In this document: positions 28,237-37,512 of the stretch, in pieces
Layout: the number at the start of each line of letters is the position of its first letter
How positions within the stretch are numbered: position 1 is the stretch's first letter
Origin: an uncultured Gemmatimonadales bacterium
GTDB lineage: Bacteria; Gemmatimonadota; Gemmatimonadetes; Gemmatimonadales; GWC2-71-9
Assembly: GCA_963846435.1 (NCBI GenBank)
Contig: CAWJVX010000001.1
Coordinates: 424,454 to 488,453, forward strand
DNA length: 64,000 nt
Direction: 5' to 3'
Translations under genes and position numbers: made by a program
The notes under the pieces: generated by a model
The model's database searches: none
Told to the model about the DNA's origin: nothing
Seen by the model: only the letters and a program-made list of their open reading frames with translations

Positions 28237-28596
28237 TTAGGAGCGGTCGGCGCTCTTTGCCATCTCGGCGATCTTGGCAAAGGCATCGAGATCGTGCACC
28301 GCCAGGTCGGCCAGGACCTTCCGGTTGATGTCGACCCCTGCCTTCCGAAGGCCGGCCATGAGGCGGCTGTAGCTCATGCCCTGAATCCGTGCCGCTGCGT
28401 TGATGCGGGTGATCCAGAGGGCCCGGAACTCGCCCTTCTTCTTGCGCCGGTCGCGGTAGGCATAGCGCATGGCGCGCTCGGCCGTCTCCTTGGCCGCCTT
28501 GTATAGCTTGCTCCGGCCGCCCCGTGCACCCTTGGCGGCCTCCATGATCTTCTTCTTCCGGGCGTGGTGTGCCACGCCATTCTTGACCCGAGCCAT
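28237..28596 (-). CDS. rplT: 50S ribosomal protein L20
   Basis: [43 protein letters not shown]. Confidence 0.95.
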   Translation of the reverse strand: MARVKNGVAHHARKKKIMEAAKGARGGRSKLYKAAKETAERAMRYAYRDRRKKKGEFRALWITRINAAARIQGMSYSRLMAGLRKAGVDINRKVLADLAVHDLDAFAKIAEMAKSADRS

Positions 28597-28605
28597 GAGA
28601 TATCC

Positions 28606-28800
28606 TTACGCCTGAAGGAGACGGCTGACGCGAGGGAAATCCGCCGGGCTGACGAGATCGGGCTTCTTGAGCCGATTCTTCCGCTTGCGGGTCTTCTTGG
28701 TCAGGATATGCGTATGATTGGCATGCCAGCGCTTGAGCTTCCCCGTTCCCGTCTTCTTGAAGCGCTTCATAGCGGCACGCTTGGTCTTCATCTTCGGCAT
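28606..28800 (-). CDS. rpmI: 50S ribosomal protein L35
   Basis: [25 protein letters not shown]...H. Confidence 0.95.
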   Translation of the reverse strand: MPKMKTKRAAMKRFKKTGTGKLKRWHANHTHILTKKTRKRKNRLKKPDLVSPADFPRVSRLLQA

Positions 28801-28822
28801 TGTTGCTCCCGTTGGTCGCGCC

Positions 28823-29344
28823 CTATTTCGGCGCGATCACCATCGTCATGTTGCGGCCCTCGAGCTTGGCGTCGGATTCGATTTTCCCGACATCCGCCAG
28901 GTTGGCCGCCACCCGGTCGAGCACCGCCTTGCCCAGCTCGAGATGAGCCATCTGCCGGCCCCGAAACATCATGGTCACCTTGACCTTGTTGCCTTCGCCC
29001 AGGAACTCCCGCGCATGGCGGGTCTTGAAGTCGAAATCGTGGTCATCGATTCCGGGGCGGTACTTCACTTCCTTGAGCTGAATGATGTGCTGCTTTTTCT
29101 TGGCCGCGCGGGCGGCTTTGGCCTCCTCGAACTTGAACTTCCCGTAATCCATGATCTTGACCACGGGGGGCCGAGCGGTCGGCGCTACTTCCACGAGATC
29201 CAACCCGCGTTCCAGGGCGGCCGCCAGGGCCTCCTCGATCGGCAGGACCCCGAGCTGCTCACCGGCGGCGGTGATGACTCGCACGGGGCTGATCCGGATC
29301 ATGCGGTTGACGCGGATTCGCTTTTCGCGATCGTTCGTGGACAG
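28823..29344 (-). CDS. infC: translation initiation factor IF-3 (probable CUG start)
   Basis: [32 protein letters not shown] aligns with the IF-3 N-domain. The frame is open upstream of the track's ATG (29302) with no ATG/GTG/TTG. CTG at 29344 lies 6 nt after GGAGG (29355..29351). Confidence 0.8.
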   Translation of the reverse strand: MSTNDREKRIRVNRMIRISPVRVITAAGEQLGVLPIEEALAAALERGLDLVEVAPTARPPVVKIMDYGKFKFEEAKAARAAKKKQHIIQLKEVKYRPGIDDHDFDFKTRHAREFLGEGNKVKVTMMFRGRQMAHLELGKAVLDRVAANLADVGKIESDAKLEGRNMTMVIAPK

Positions 29345-29361
29345 TTCGTGCCTCCAACGCG

Positions 29362-29398
29362 AGAAAGAAAAAGGGCACCCGGCGATGACCGGATGCCC
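29362..29398 (-). terminator. intrinsic terminator/attenuator immediately upstream of the infC RBS
   Basis: On the minus strand: GGGCAUCCGG-ucaucg-CCGGGUGCCC (10 bp, one G-U) followed by UUUUUCUUUCU. It ends 6 nt before the infC SD. Confidence 0.65.
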
Positions 29399-29524
29399 AC
29401 GACGCGAAGCCCACGGTGGCGAGAGCCTACCGATTCACTTCGAAGCCAGGACCCGGCTGCGCTGCGGCACGGGCCGGCAGGCTCAGGGTGGGGGAACTCG
29501 ATTCCCCGCTTTCACGAGGTGCGG

Positions 29525-29553
29525 AAGGTAGCCAGCACCAAGGCAAGTGTCAA
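29525..29553 (-). promoter_or_regulatory. candidate sigma70-type promoter for the infC leader
   Basis: On the minus strand: TTGACA (29553..29548), 17-nt spacer, TACCTT (29530..29525). Confidence 0.3.
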
Positions 29554-30470
29554 CCAGAAACCACGTTGCCCGGCTGGGGTGCGGGCGTAATATCGCGTAA
29601 CACCACCCCTTTTCCATCCCGCACCGGCGTCGCCAGGGCCACCTGGGGGTCGTGCTCGAAGATCAGGCGCCATCCGCCGGCCACGGCTTCGTTCAGGACC
29701 GCGCGCTTGCTCTCCAGGGTTCGGAGCGGCTCCAGGTCGTACCCCATGATCCACGGCAGCGGCAAGTGGGCAGTGGTTGGAAAGAGATCACCCACGAACA
29801 GCGCGGTCTCGCCCCGGTTCCGCAGCATCACGGCCTGATGGAACGGCACGTGCCCCGGTGTCAGCCGCACCGAGATTCCCGGCAGCACCTCGCTGTCCCC
29901 ATCCAGCAACCGCCAGCGGTTGGCCGCCACGATGGGCTCGAAGTTGTGCGGCAGATAGCTGGCGCGGGTTCGCTCGTTGGTATGGCGGGCAAACTCCAGC
30001 TCGCCCCGCTGCACGACGTAGGTGGCATTGGGGAAGGTGGGCCGGACGTGTCGCCTGGGATCATTTTCCAGGTCGGGGTCCATCGTGGTGTTCCCGCCGG
30101 CGTGATCGAAGTGAAGATGGGTGTTGATCACCCACTTCACGTCGCGAGGCAGAAATCCGGCCGATGCCAACGCATCCTCCAGCTGGGTGGCGCCCTCGAG
30201 TCCCTGGTTCTCAACTCCGTAGATGTCGAGAAACTTGGCATCTTCCTTGTTGCCCAACGCGGTGTCGATCAGGATGAGCCCATCGTCGTGCTCGATCAGC
30301 ACGCAGCGCATGGCCAACGGGATGCGGTTGCGCTCGTCGGGCTCGATCCGGGTTTTCCAGAGCGTCCGCGGCACCACCCCGAACATGGCACCTCCGTCGA
30401 GACGCTGGAGCCCTCCCTCCAGGGTGTGACAGCGGAGCCCGCCGACCTTGAACGAGGAGAGCAGTGTCAC
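29550..30470 (-). CDS. MBL fold metallo-hydrolase
   Basis: HLHFDHAGG motif. The GTG start at 30470 overlaps the upstream stop (GTGA), and the N-terminus VTLLSSFKVGGLRCHTLEGG fits the family. The track ORF is extended by 51 codons. Confidence 0.8.
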   Translation of the reverse strand: MTLLSSFKVGGLRCHTLEGGLQRLDGGAMFGVVPRTLWKTRIEPDERNRIPLAMRCVLIEHDDGLILIDTALGNKEDAKFLDIYGVENQGLEGATQLEDALASAGFLPRDVKWVINTHLHFDHAGGNTTMDPDLENDPRRHVRPTFPNATYVVQRGELEFARHTNERTRASYLPHNFEPIVAANRWRLLDGDSEVLPGISVRLTPGHVPFHQAVMLRNRGETALFVGDLFPTTAHLPLPWIMGYDLEPLRTLESKRAVLNEAVAGGWRLIFEHDPQVALATPVRDGKGVVLRDITPAPQPGNVVSG

Positions 30471-31345
30471 GCCAGCTCCTCCTGGCACGAGTCCGCCCGG
30501 GGCTCGGTCGGCATCGCGGATCGCCTGCGCCGCCGCCGGCCGCGGGACCGCCGCGCCTCGATCACCATGAGATCCTGGAGAGTGCGGGCACCTTCTTCCC
30601 GCGCCAAAAGGAGAAGCCGGCACAACAGCTCGGCGGTGACCAGGGCGTCACCGGCAGCCCGGTGCCGCGCAGCGTTGTGAAATCCAAAGAAGCGGCAGAG
30701 GTTGTCCAGCCCGCACGAGCGTACCCCTTTGACCAGGCGGCGGGCCAGACGGACGGTGCAGAACCGGGTTCCATCCAGGGTGAGGTCACGGGAACGGCGC
30801 AGCTCGGCACTCACGAAATTCCAGTCGAACCTGGCGTTGTGAGCCACGAACACCCTTCCCGCGAGGGCCGCCAGCAGCCGCTCGGCGACCTCGGAGAATC
30901 GGGGGGCGTGGCGCACCATCTCATTGGTGATATTCGTGATACTGCAGATGCCGCGGGGAATGGATCGCTCGGGATTGACCAGAGATTCGAATATGATCTC
31001 CCGGCGCTCGCCGTGGACCACGGCCACCGCGATCTCGGTGATGCGGTCGCCGTAGCCCGCGCGCATACCGGTGGTCTCCACGTCCACCACGGCAAAGGCG
31101 CAGTCGTCCAACAGCGGGGAGCCCTGTGCCTCCGGCACCAGCCCCCAGCGACCGTCATCCAGCTGCCGCACCCGGGGATCGGCACCCAGCAGGGCAATGG
31201 CAACCCGATCGCAGATGGCCGCGGGGGCACCCAGGAGACCGAGCACCTCGTGACACAGGATCGAGGGCGTACGTGGACCCAGTCGGAGCTGGGCCAGCAC
31301 CCGTTCCAGCAGGGTGCTGTCGGGATAGGCCGAGGTGCCGATCAC
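30467..31345 (-). CDS. DnaQ-like 3'-5' exonuclease domain protein (Pol III epsilon family)
   Basis: DEDDh motifs are present: VVDVETTG, VAHNARFDWNF, HRAAGDAL. An N-terminal extra domain of about 90 aa precedes them. Confidence 0.75.
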   Translation of the reverse strand: MIGTSAYPDSTLLERVLAQLRLGPRTPSILCHEVLGLLGAPAAICDRVAIALLGADPRVRQLDDGRWGLVPEAQGSPLLDDCAFAVVDVETTGMRAGYGDRITEIAVAVVHGERREIIFESLVNPERSIPRGICSITNITNEMVRHAPRFSEVAERLLAALAGRVFVAHNARFDWNFVSAELRRSRDLTLDGTRFCTVRLARRLVKGVRSCGLDNLCRFFGFHNAARHRAAGDALVTAELLCRLLLLAREEGARTLQDLMVIEARRSRGRRRRRRSAMPTEPRADSCQEELA

Positions 31346-32571
31346 AGCGCGGCCCGGCGCAGGGGGAGCGACATGCAGCGGGGGCCACCCCCGCCTCTGG
31401 CCAGCTCGCTGCCCTCGACGGTGATTACCGTGCGGTGCTTCGCATCGGTCCAGTCATCGAACGCCAGGAAGTTGACCGCGGGCACAACCCGGAAGCCGAC
31501 ATTGGTCAGCTCGCAGAGCGTGGCGTCGTTCCGGCGATAGCTCACCACCGTGCCGGGGCGTACCGCCAGGAAGTTGCAGGCGGAACTCCATTGCTCCCGC
31601 TCCTGGTTGATGCGCCGCTCGCCCCCGGCGAAGACCGGCTCCAGCGGCAGGTTCACCGCTTGCAGGGCGGCAAAGAAGTTAGGCATTTCACGCACGCCAT
31701 CGGTTCCCTTTCGGCGGTGGAGCACCGCCAATCGCTCGGGCCCCACGAAAAACGGAGGATAGACCACACATAGCTCGTGGTCGACCTGGGAGAAGATCAT
31801 GTCCAGATGAATCGCGGCCGGCGCCTTCGGCATGACCACAACCAGGACGTCGGTGACCAGGCCGCGGTCGAAGACCGTTTCGCACAGTTGATCCAGTGCC
31901 GCCGGGGAGGTTCGCTCACTGAAGCCCACCACCAGCAAGTCGGGACGCAGGTAATGCACGTCCCCGCCCTCCAGGGTGTAGTTGCTGCGCCGTTCTTCCG
32001 ATCCGTCGTACAGCAGGCCGGCGTTGGCCAGCTCCGGATGGAACCGGAAGAGAGCGTTGATCAGCAGCTCCTCGGTCCAGCGCACCCCGTGTCGCATGGC
32101 GCCGACGACGACGTGCTCGCCGATGACCATCCCGATGTCCCGAGGGAAAAACAGATTCGGCAGCGGAGGAAAGGCAAACCCCACCTCATTGAGCGCCCGC
32201 GAGATCGGCCCACTTTCCTCCTCGGTGCCCTCGATCAGCATGTTCACGATCTCTTCGGCAGGCAGCCCGGTCAGGCGCTGGGCCAAGGCGTCCGAGGGAA
32301 CCACGTCCATCGTCTTGCTGATGAGATAGTCGCGCCCCTCCGGTTGGAGCAGAATCTCGGCCAGGAGGTCGCGCACCTGGAGTACCCGGGCAAACCGCTT
32401 GAGCACCGAGACGAACTGGCGATGCTCCCGCTGCGCGATTTCCAGATCGATGATGTCGTCGTAGAGGTAGTCGGCCCGATTGCCCGGTGTCACCGCCTCG
32501 AGCTCACGCCCGGGGGTGTGCACCAGCACGGATTGCAACACACCGATCTCAGAAGTGACATGAACGGACAT
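31342..32571 (-). CDS. arcA: arginine deiminase family protein
   Basis: ATG at 32571 (MSVHVTSEIGVLQSVLVHTPG). FFPRD, EGGDV and the C-terminal GGGGPRCMSLPL catalytic-Cys motif are present. The upstream 30 codons of the track ORF are encoded by the repeat element. Confidence 0.75.
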   Translation of the reverse strand: MSVHVTSEIGVLQSVLVHTPGRELEAVTPGNRADYLYDDIIDLEIAQREHRQFVSVLKRFARVLQVRDLLAEILLQPEGRDYLISKTMDVVPSDALAQRLTGLPAEEIVNMLIEGTEEESGPISRALNEVGFAFPPLPNLFFPRDIGMVIGEHVVVGAMRHGVRWTEELLINALFRFHPELANAGLLYDGSEERRSNYTLEGGDVHYLRPDLLVVGFSERTSPAALDQLCETVFDRGLVTDVLVVVMPKAPAAIHLDMIFSQVDHELCVVYPPFFVGPERLAVLHRRKGTDGVREMPNFFAALQAVNLPLEPVFAGGERRINQEREQWSSACNFLAVRPGTVVSYRRNDATLCELTNVGFRVVPAVNFLAFDDWTDAKHRTVITVEGSELARGGGGPRCMSLPLRRAAL

Positions 32572-32589
32572 ACAAGAAACTAGTTGAAG

Positions 32590-32717
32590 GACGGGAAAGA
32601 CGGGAAGGATGGGAGTTGGAAGAACCACCTCATGCCGAGTGTAACGAGGGACCTCCTCCATCGGTTCGGGACCTTGAGGTCAAAGATCGAGCAAGCAACC
32701 TTCCCGTCTTTCCCGTC
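32590..32717. repeat. inverted repeat element (GACGGGAAAGACGGGAAGG arms) filling the rex-arcA spacer
   Basis: 32590..32608 is the exact reverse complement of 32699..32717 (19/19), with a 90-nt lower-GC centre. The right arm overlaps the rex stop codon. Confidence 0.85.
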
Positions 32718-33336
32718 ATCTGTTCGCTAGGGCGTAGCTCAGGGTCTCCAGCTCTAAGGCAAGGTTCACCGTCTTCACCACCACATCATCGGGAACCGCG
32801 AGCTGTACCGGCGCGAAGTTGAGGATGGCCTTGACGCGGAGCGCGATGAGGCGGTCGGTAACCGCCTGGGCGACATCGCCGGGGACCACGAGCACCGCCA
32901 TGTCGAGCGGTTCTCGGCCGAGCTCCTTCTCCAGCGTGGCAATGTCCTGCACCGTCAGACCGTTCCACTGCCGGCCGATCTTGGAGGGATCGCTGTCGAA
33001 GATGGCCACGATGTCGAACCCGCGCTGCTTGAACCCGCGGTACTGCACCAGCGCGCTGCCGATCTTCCCTGCCCCGATCATCCCCACCCGGTAGCGGCGC
33101 TTCAGCCCCAGGATTCCCCGCATCCGGTCGGCCAGCTCCGGAACCGGGTAACCCAGCCCGCGCTTGCCGAAAGAGCCGAAGAAGGAGAGATCCTTCCGCA
33201 CCTGCGCCGAGGTGGTGCCGCCCCGCGAGGCCAGGGCGCCGGAGCTGACGGTATCGATGCCCTGTTCTTCGAACTCCTCCAGAAAACGGAGATAGAGCGA
33301 CAGGCGGCGGACGGTGGACTCGGCGACTTTGCGCAT
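32716..33336 (-). CDS. rex: redox-sensing transcriptional repressor Rex
   Basis: RLSLYLRFLEE wHTH region plus the Rossmann motif VGMIGAGKIGSAL. Confidence 0.9.
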   Translation of the reverse strand: MRKVAESTVRRLSLYLRFLEEFEEQGIDTVSSGALASRGGTTSAQVRKDLSFFGSFGKRGLGYPVPELADRMRGILGLKRRYRVGMIGAGKIGSALVQYRGFKQRGFDIVAIFDSDPSKIGRQWNGLTVQDIATLEKELGREPLDMAVLVVPGDVAQAVTDRLIALRVKAILNFAPVQLAVPDDVVVKTVNLALELETLSYALANR

Positions 33337-33348
33337 TCACCCTGATTT

Positions 33349-33366
33349 ATGTGAAATGTTTCACAA
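33349..33366. promoter_or_regulatory. Rex operator (ROP box)
   Basis: ATGTGAA-ATGT-TTCACAA compared with the consensus TTGTGAA-N4-TTCACAA. It lies 13-30 nt upstream of the rex ATG. Confidence 0.6.
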
Positions 33367-33368
33367 AG

Positions 33369-34172
33369 CTACCGCATGCTCCAGCCTCCGTCAACGAGTG
33401 ATCGGCGCAGCTGCACGAATTCCGCCGGAGTCAGCACCTCAGGGCGCACCGTCTCTTGGATCCCGGCCGCGGCCAGCACCGCGCTCACCCGCGCGGCGTC
33501 CCACCCGGTGAATTCCCGCATGCCGCGCAACATCTGCTTGCGGCGGAAACCGAACAGACCAACCACCAGAACCCGGAAGCTCTCCCGTTCGACATCGGCA
33601 ATGAGCGGCCGGCTCAATGGCGTCAGCCGCAGCACGGCGGAATCGACCTTCGGCCGCGGCTGGAATGCTCCCGCCGGTACGGTGAACAATCGTTCCGCCC
33701 GGGCGACGGCCTGCACCCCGATGCTCAGCGCCCCGTAATCGGAGGTGCCGGCCGCAGCCGTCACCCGGTCAGCAACTTCCTTCTGCACCAGGAAGACGAT
33801 GCGGGCGGGTGTCGGCGGCAGCAGCGCCTTGTCGATGAGCGGAGAGGTGATGTTGTAGGGAATGTTGCCGGTGACCAACAGTCCGGGTCCGCCTGGCGGC
33901 GCGAAGGGGTGCCAATCGAGCTCGAGCGCGTCGGCCTCGATCAGTTCCAGTGCGGGGAACCGGGATTTCAGAATCGGAATCAGTTCCCGATCCTTTTCGA
34001 TGGCAATGACACGTCCCGCCCGCTCGAGGAGCGGCGCGGTCAGGCCTCCCCTTCCCGGCCCGATCTCCAGCACCACATCGCCGGCGCCCGCCTCGAGCGC
34101 ATCGGCGATCCGCGCCAGCAGCCTGGGATCGGTGAGAAAGTGCTGTCCCAGGCGGCGCTTCGCATGGGGCAC
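33369..34172 (-). CDS. rsmA: 16S rRNA (adenine1518/1519-N6)-dimethyltransferase
   Basis: LGQHFLTD, VLEIGPGRGGLT and NIPYNITSP motifs. Confidence 0.9.
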   Translation of the reverse strand: MPHAKRRLGQHFLTDPRLLARIADALEAGAGDVVLEIGPGRGGLTAPLLERAGRVIAIEKDRELIPILKSRFPALELIEADALELDWHPFAPPGGPGLLVTGNIPYNITSPLIDKALLPPTPARIVFLVQKEVADRVTAAAGTSDYGALSIGVQAVARAERLFTVPAGAFQPRPKVDSAVLRLTPLSRPLIADVERESFRVLVVGLFGFRRKQMLRGMREFTGWDAARVSAVLAAAGIQETVRPEVLTPAEFVQLRRSLVDGGWSMR

Positions 34173-34174
34173 CG

Positions 34175-35713
34175 CTAGATCCGAAGAACCAGGAGCGTAC
34201 GGTCGTCGGTGGGACGGGCACCAAAGGCCTCCGCCTGCTCCAGCACCGCGCGGACTATTGCCTCGGGAGTTTCGTGCCGATGCACGCCGACCTCGTGGAG
34301 CAGCCGCTGCTCGCCGAACGGCTCACCCGCGTCGTTTCGTGCATCCACCAGGCCGTCGGTCCAAAGGACCAGGAGGTCCTCACCGATCGACCAGGGGAGC
34401 TGGCGTCGCTGAATGTTACCGGCTGTAGCCAGTCCGAGTGGGGGCGCCGTGGCCTCGAGCCGCTCGGGCGGACCGGTGCGCGGCATCCGGAACGCGTGGG
34501 GATGGCCGGCACTGGCGTATACCAGACGTCCGGCATGGGGATCGAGCATGCCGTAGAACACACTGAAGTGCATCTCGGTCCGGGCCAGCTCGGTCGATAG
34601 ACTGTCGAGCAGCGCGCTGAGAGTTTCGTCCGGAGTCCTCGAGGTGGCCGCATGGATCCCTGCGGCGGACATGACCAGCGCCATCACCAGCGCGGCAGAG
34701 AACCCGTGCGACGCCACATCGCCCAGCATCACACCCACCTTGCCCCGTCCTAGCCGGCTGAAGGTGTAGAAGTCGCCGCCCACCGAGTCGGCCGGCAGGC
34801 AGCGTGCGGCCACCTCGGCATCGCCCTGGAGCACTGCGGGTGAGGGAAGCAGCTTCAGCTGGAGATCGTGGGCCAGCTCGAGCTCGCGCTGCAGCCGCTG
34901 CTGCTGGGCATCGCGTTCGACCAACCGGGCGTTCTCCACGGCGGCGCCGATCTGGTTCGCGACGGCGCTCACCAGCTTCCGGTCGTCCAGCGTGAAGCGG
35001 TCACCACCGATCCGGTCGGTCAGGTTCATCACCCCCACGCAGCGGACCTCAGTGCCGGGGGCGGCGTAGGTTATGGGTACACTGAGGAACGAATATCCCC
35101 GGTAGCCTCGCGCGCCACCGCATTCGGACGGCACCGAGTCCGGGTCCGAGGGGTCGAACGTCACGGTGCGCCTCTCACGGTAGACTCGGGCTGCGATCGA
35201 GCAGTCGTCCTCCACCGGCACCGGAACCAACCCTTCGGGCGCAAAGCCCCGCGCAGCCACGGTCCGGAGGGCACCGCTGGTCTCGTCGAACACCATGATG
35301 GACGCCCGGCGGGCGCCAACTACCGCGCTTACCTCCCGCACGATGATCTGGGCTGCCTCCTCCAGCCGGACGGTGCGCCCCAGGATCTCGCTGATCGCAT
35401 AGAGCAGCTCGATCTCCTCGTACCGGCCCGCCAACTCCTCGGCCACGTAAGCCCGCTGCCGTTCCGATTCCAGCAACGCCGCTACCAGCAACAATACTCT
35501 GGGCGCCGCCTGTCGCAGGTCGTGTTCGTCCTGCCCCGCCACCTCGAGCCAGAGGCCAGGCGCGCCGGTCACCGGCTGGAGCCACGCCGCACCCCCAGGG
35601 GTGGGCCCGATGCCGGGCCGCGCCGGAGGCGCGAGGGTCCAGCCCGGGTCCTCACCAGCCACCAGGTGCAGGGCGGAACCGTTCGAGCGCCACAGGCGCA
35701 CCCGTCCGTCCAC
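34175..35713 (-). CDS. GAF domain-containing PP2C/SpoIIE-family serine phosphatase (RsbU-like)
   Basis: A central GAF region is followed by PP2C motifs (GGDFY..., LGDVASHG, SAGHP, TDGL, DDRTLLVLR). Confidence 0.85.
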   Translation of the reverse strand: MDGRVRLWRSNGSALHLVAGEDPGWTLAPPARPGIGPTPGGAAWLQPVTGAPGLWLEVAGQDEHDLRQAAPRVLLLVAALLESERQRAYVAEELAGRYEEIELLYAISEILGRTVRLEEAAQIIVREVSAVVGARRASIMVFDETSGALRTVAARGFAPEGLVPVPVEDDCSIAARVYRERRTVTFDPSDPDSVPSECGGARGYRGYSFLSVPITYAAPGTEVRCVGVMNLTDRIGGDRFTLDDRKLVSAVANQIGAAVENARLVERDAQQQRLQRELELAHDLQLKLLPSPAVLQGDAEVAARCLPADSVGGDFYTFSRLGRGKVGVMLGDVASHGFSAALVMALVMSAAGIHAATSRTPDETLSALLDSLSTELARTEMHFSVFYGMLDPHAGRLVYASAGHPHAFRMPRTGPPERLEATAPPLGLATAGNIQRRQLPWSIGEDLLVLWTDGLVDARNDAGEPFGEQRLLHEVGVHRHETPEAIVRAVLEQAEAFGARPTDDRTLLVLRI

Positions 35714-35751
35714 GAGAGCACCGAGGCCGTCGAGCAGGTGATCGAGCCGCC

Positions 35752-36216
35752 CTACGGGCGGCGCAGTATCATGCAGATGGAGTTCCCTTGCTCGTTGAAC
35801 TGCACCGCATCCACGAGCTTGCGGATGAGATAGAGGCCGCGCCCACCGGCCTCGTCGAGCTGCTCCGGCCGGAGCGGCTCGGGTACCGCGCCCGGATCAA
35901 AACCGGGACCTTCGTCGGTGACCGAGAGTCGAATTGCGTCAGGGACCAGCTCGACCCGGACATCGACCCATTTGGTGTGGTCCTCGCCGTTCCCGCGCAC
36001 GATGGCGTTGCTGAGCGCCTCCGAGAGCACCACTCGAAGCCGGAACTGAATAGTCTTGGTGGTGTAGTGACCGGCCAGGCAATGCCGGGTGACGAGCTCC
36101 ACCGCCTCCTCGATGCAATTCACATCGCTGGGGAGGCGCAGAGTGACCAGTGTCGCCGAGCCGGTGGCCTCCGATGCCGAGGTCCGGCGAACGCAGAGAC
36201 GGAGCGGCGAAGTCAT
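35752..36216 (-). CDS. anti-sigma regulatory factor, HATPase_c serine kinase (RsbW/SpoIIAB-like)
   Basis: N-box E(A)LSNAIVRG and G-boxes DEGPGFD and [11 protein letters not shown]. Confidence 0.8.
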   Translation of the reverse strand: MTSPLRLCVRRTSASEATGSATLVTLRLPSDVNCIEEAVELVTRHCLAGHYTTKTIQFRLRVVLSEALSNAIVRGNGEDHTKWVDVRVELVPDAIRLSVTDEGPGFDPGAVPEPLRPEQLDEAGGRGLYLIRKLVDAVQFNEQGNSICMILRRP

Positions 36217-36229
36217 CCGGTCAGCGAGG

Positions 36230-36565
36230 CTAGAAGCTGGTGAGGGCTTGCTCGGGCGTCTCGGTGATGGCGAAGAGGGTATCGAGCTTCGTCAGCTCGA
36301 AGAGGGATCGAAGGTCGTCGTTGAGCCCGGAGAGCCGGAGCTCGCCGCCCACCTCCCGAATCCGCTTCGAAATCGACACCAGCGCGCCGAGACCGGAGGA
36401 ATCGATATACCCGGTGCTGGAAAAATCGATGAGCAGGCGACGCTCACCCCGCTCCAGCGCGGCCTGCACCAGATCCTTGAGCTCATGTCGATTGCCCACG
36501 ATGAGCTGCCCCTCCACCTGTACCACGACCACCCCGTTGGGGCCCTTGGTCTGGCTAAAGCCCAT
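36230..36565 (-). CDS. STAS domain anti-sigma factor antagonist (RsbV/SpoIIAA-like)
   Basis: [20 protein letters not shown] contains the phosphorylatable Ser in the DSSG context. Confidence 0.85.
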   Translation of the reverse strand: MGFSQTKGPNGVVVVQVEGQLIVGNRHELKDLVQAALERGERRLLIDFSSTGYIDSSGLGALVSISKRIREVGGELRLSGLNDDLRSLFELTKLDTLFAITETPEQALTSF

Positions 36566-36576
36566 GAATCACTCCC

Positions 36577-37512
36577 TCAACTGGTTACACCACTGGATTG
36601 CAGCGCCACCATCGCTGCCACCACGACAATATCATCGGGGGTGGCCCCCCGCGACAGGTCGGCCATCGGGCGCGCCAGCCCCTGCAGAATGGGGCCGATG
36701 GCTATTGCACCGGCCAGGCGTTGGACCAGCTTGTACCCGATGTTTCCGGCGTCCAGGTCGGGGAAGACCAGCACATTGGCGCGGCCGCCTACCGGGGAGC
36801 CGGGTGCTTTCCGTTCGCCTACTTCCGGGCTGAGGGCGGTGTCGGCCTGAATCTCCCCATCCGATGCGATGTTGGGCGCAAGCTGGTGAAAATGGCCGGC
36901 CGCCTCCTGCACCCGAGCCACGTGAGGACCGCCGGCGCTTCCCTTGGTGCTGTACGAGAGGAACGCCACCCGGGGCGAGTCGCCGACCAGCTTGGACCGG
37001 TCCCGCGCCGCGGCCAGCGCAATCTCGGCCAGCTGGCCGGGTGTCGGCTCCGGAACCACGGCGCAATCGGTGAAGGTCAGCACGGTGTCGTCGGGCAGAA
37101 CCATATAGAAGGAAGAGCTCACCAGACTCACGCCGGGAGCGGTGCCGATCGCCCAGAGCGCGGCCCGCACGACCTCGCCGGTTGGGCAGGCTGCGCCGGC
37201 CACACACCCCTCCGCTTCGCCCAGCGCCACCAGTGCGGCCCCGAAGAGCAGTGGATCGGCGGCGATGTCGAGGGCATGCACGCCGTCTCGTACCCGCTCG
37301 GGGCGGCGTTCTCGAAGAAACTGGGCGATCTTGCCGAGACGAGGATCTTTGGCCGGATCGAGTCCGGGGCCGCCGAGCACAATAGGATCGAGGACGCCCT
37401 TGGACCGGAGTTCTTCCGCCGCCGCCTGGACTCGTGGGTCGGCCCCTTCACAGAGGACGATCCTCGCGCGCCCCGCCGCCGCGCGCTCCAGCAAGCGGCT
37501 GCGAAAGCTCAT
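36577..37512 (-). CDS. pta: phosphate acetyl/butyryl transferase (short form)
   Basis: [12 protein letters not shown]... plus the C-terminal [18 protein letters not shown] and [10 protein letters not shown]. Confidence 0.75.
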   Translation of the reverse strand: MSFRSRLLERAAAGRARIVLCEGADPRVQAAAEELRSKGVLDPIVLGGPGLDPAKDPRLGKIAQFLRERRPERVRDGVHALDIAADPLLFGAALVALGEAEGCVAGAACPTGEVVRAALWAIGTAPGVSLVSSSFYMVLPDDTVLTFTDCAVVPEPTPGQLAEIALAAARDRSKLVGDSPRVAFLSYSTKGSAGGPHVARVQEAAGHFHQLAPNIASDGEIQADTALSPEVGERKAPGSPVGGRANVLVFPDLDAGNIGYKLVQRLAGAIAIGPILQGLARPMADLSRGATPDDIVVVAAMVALQSSGVTS

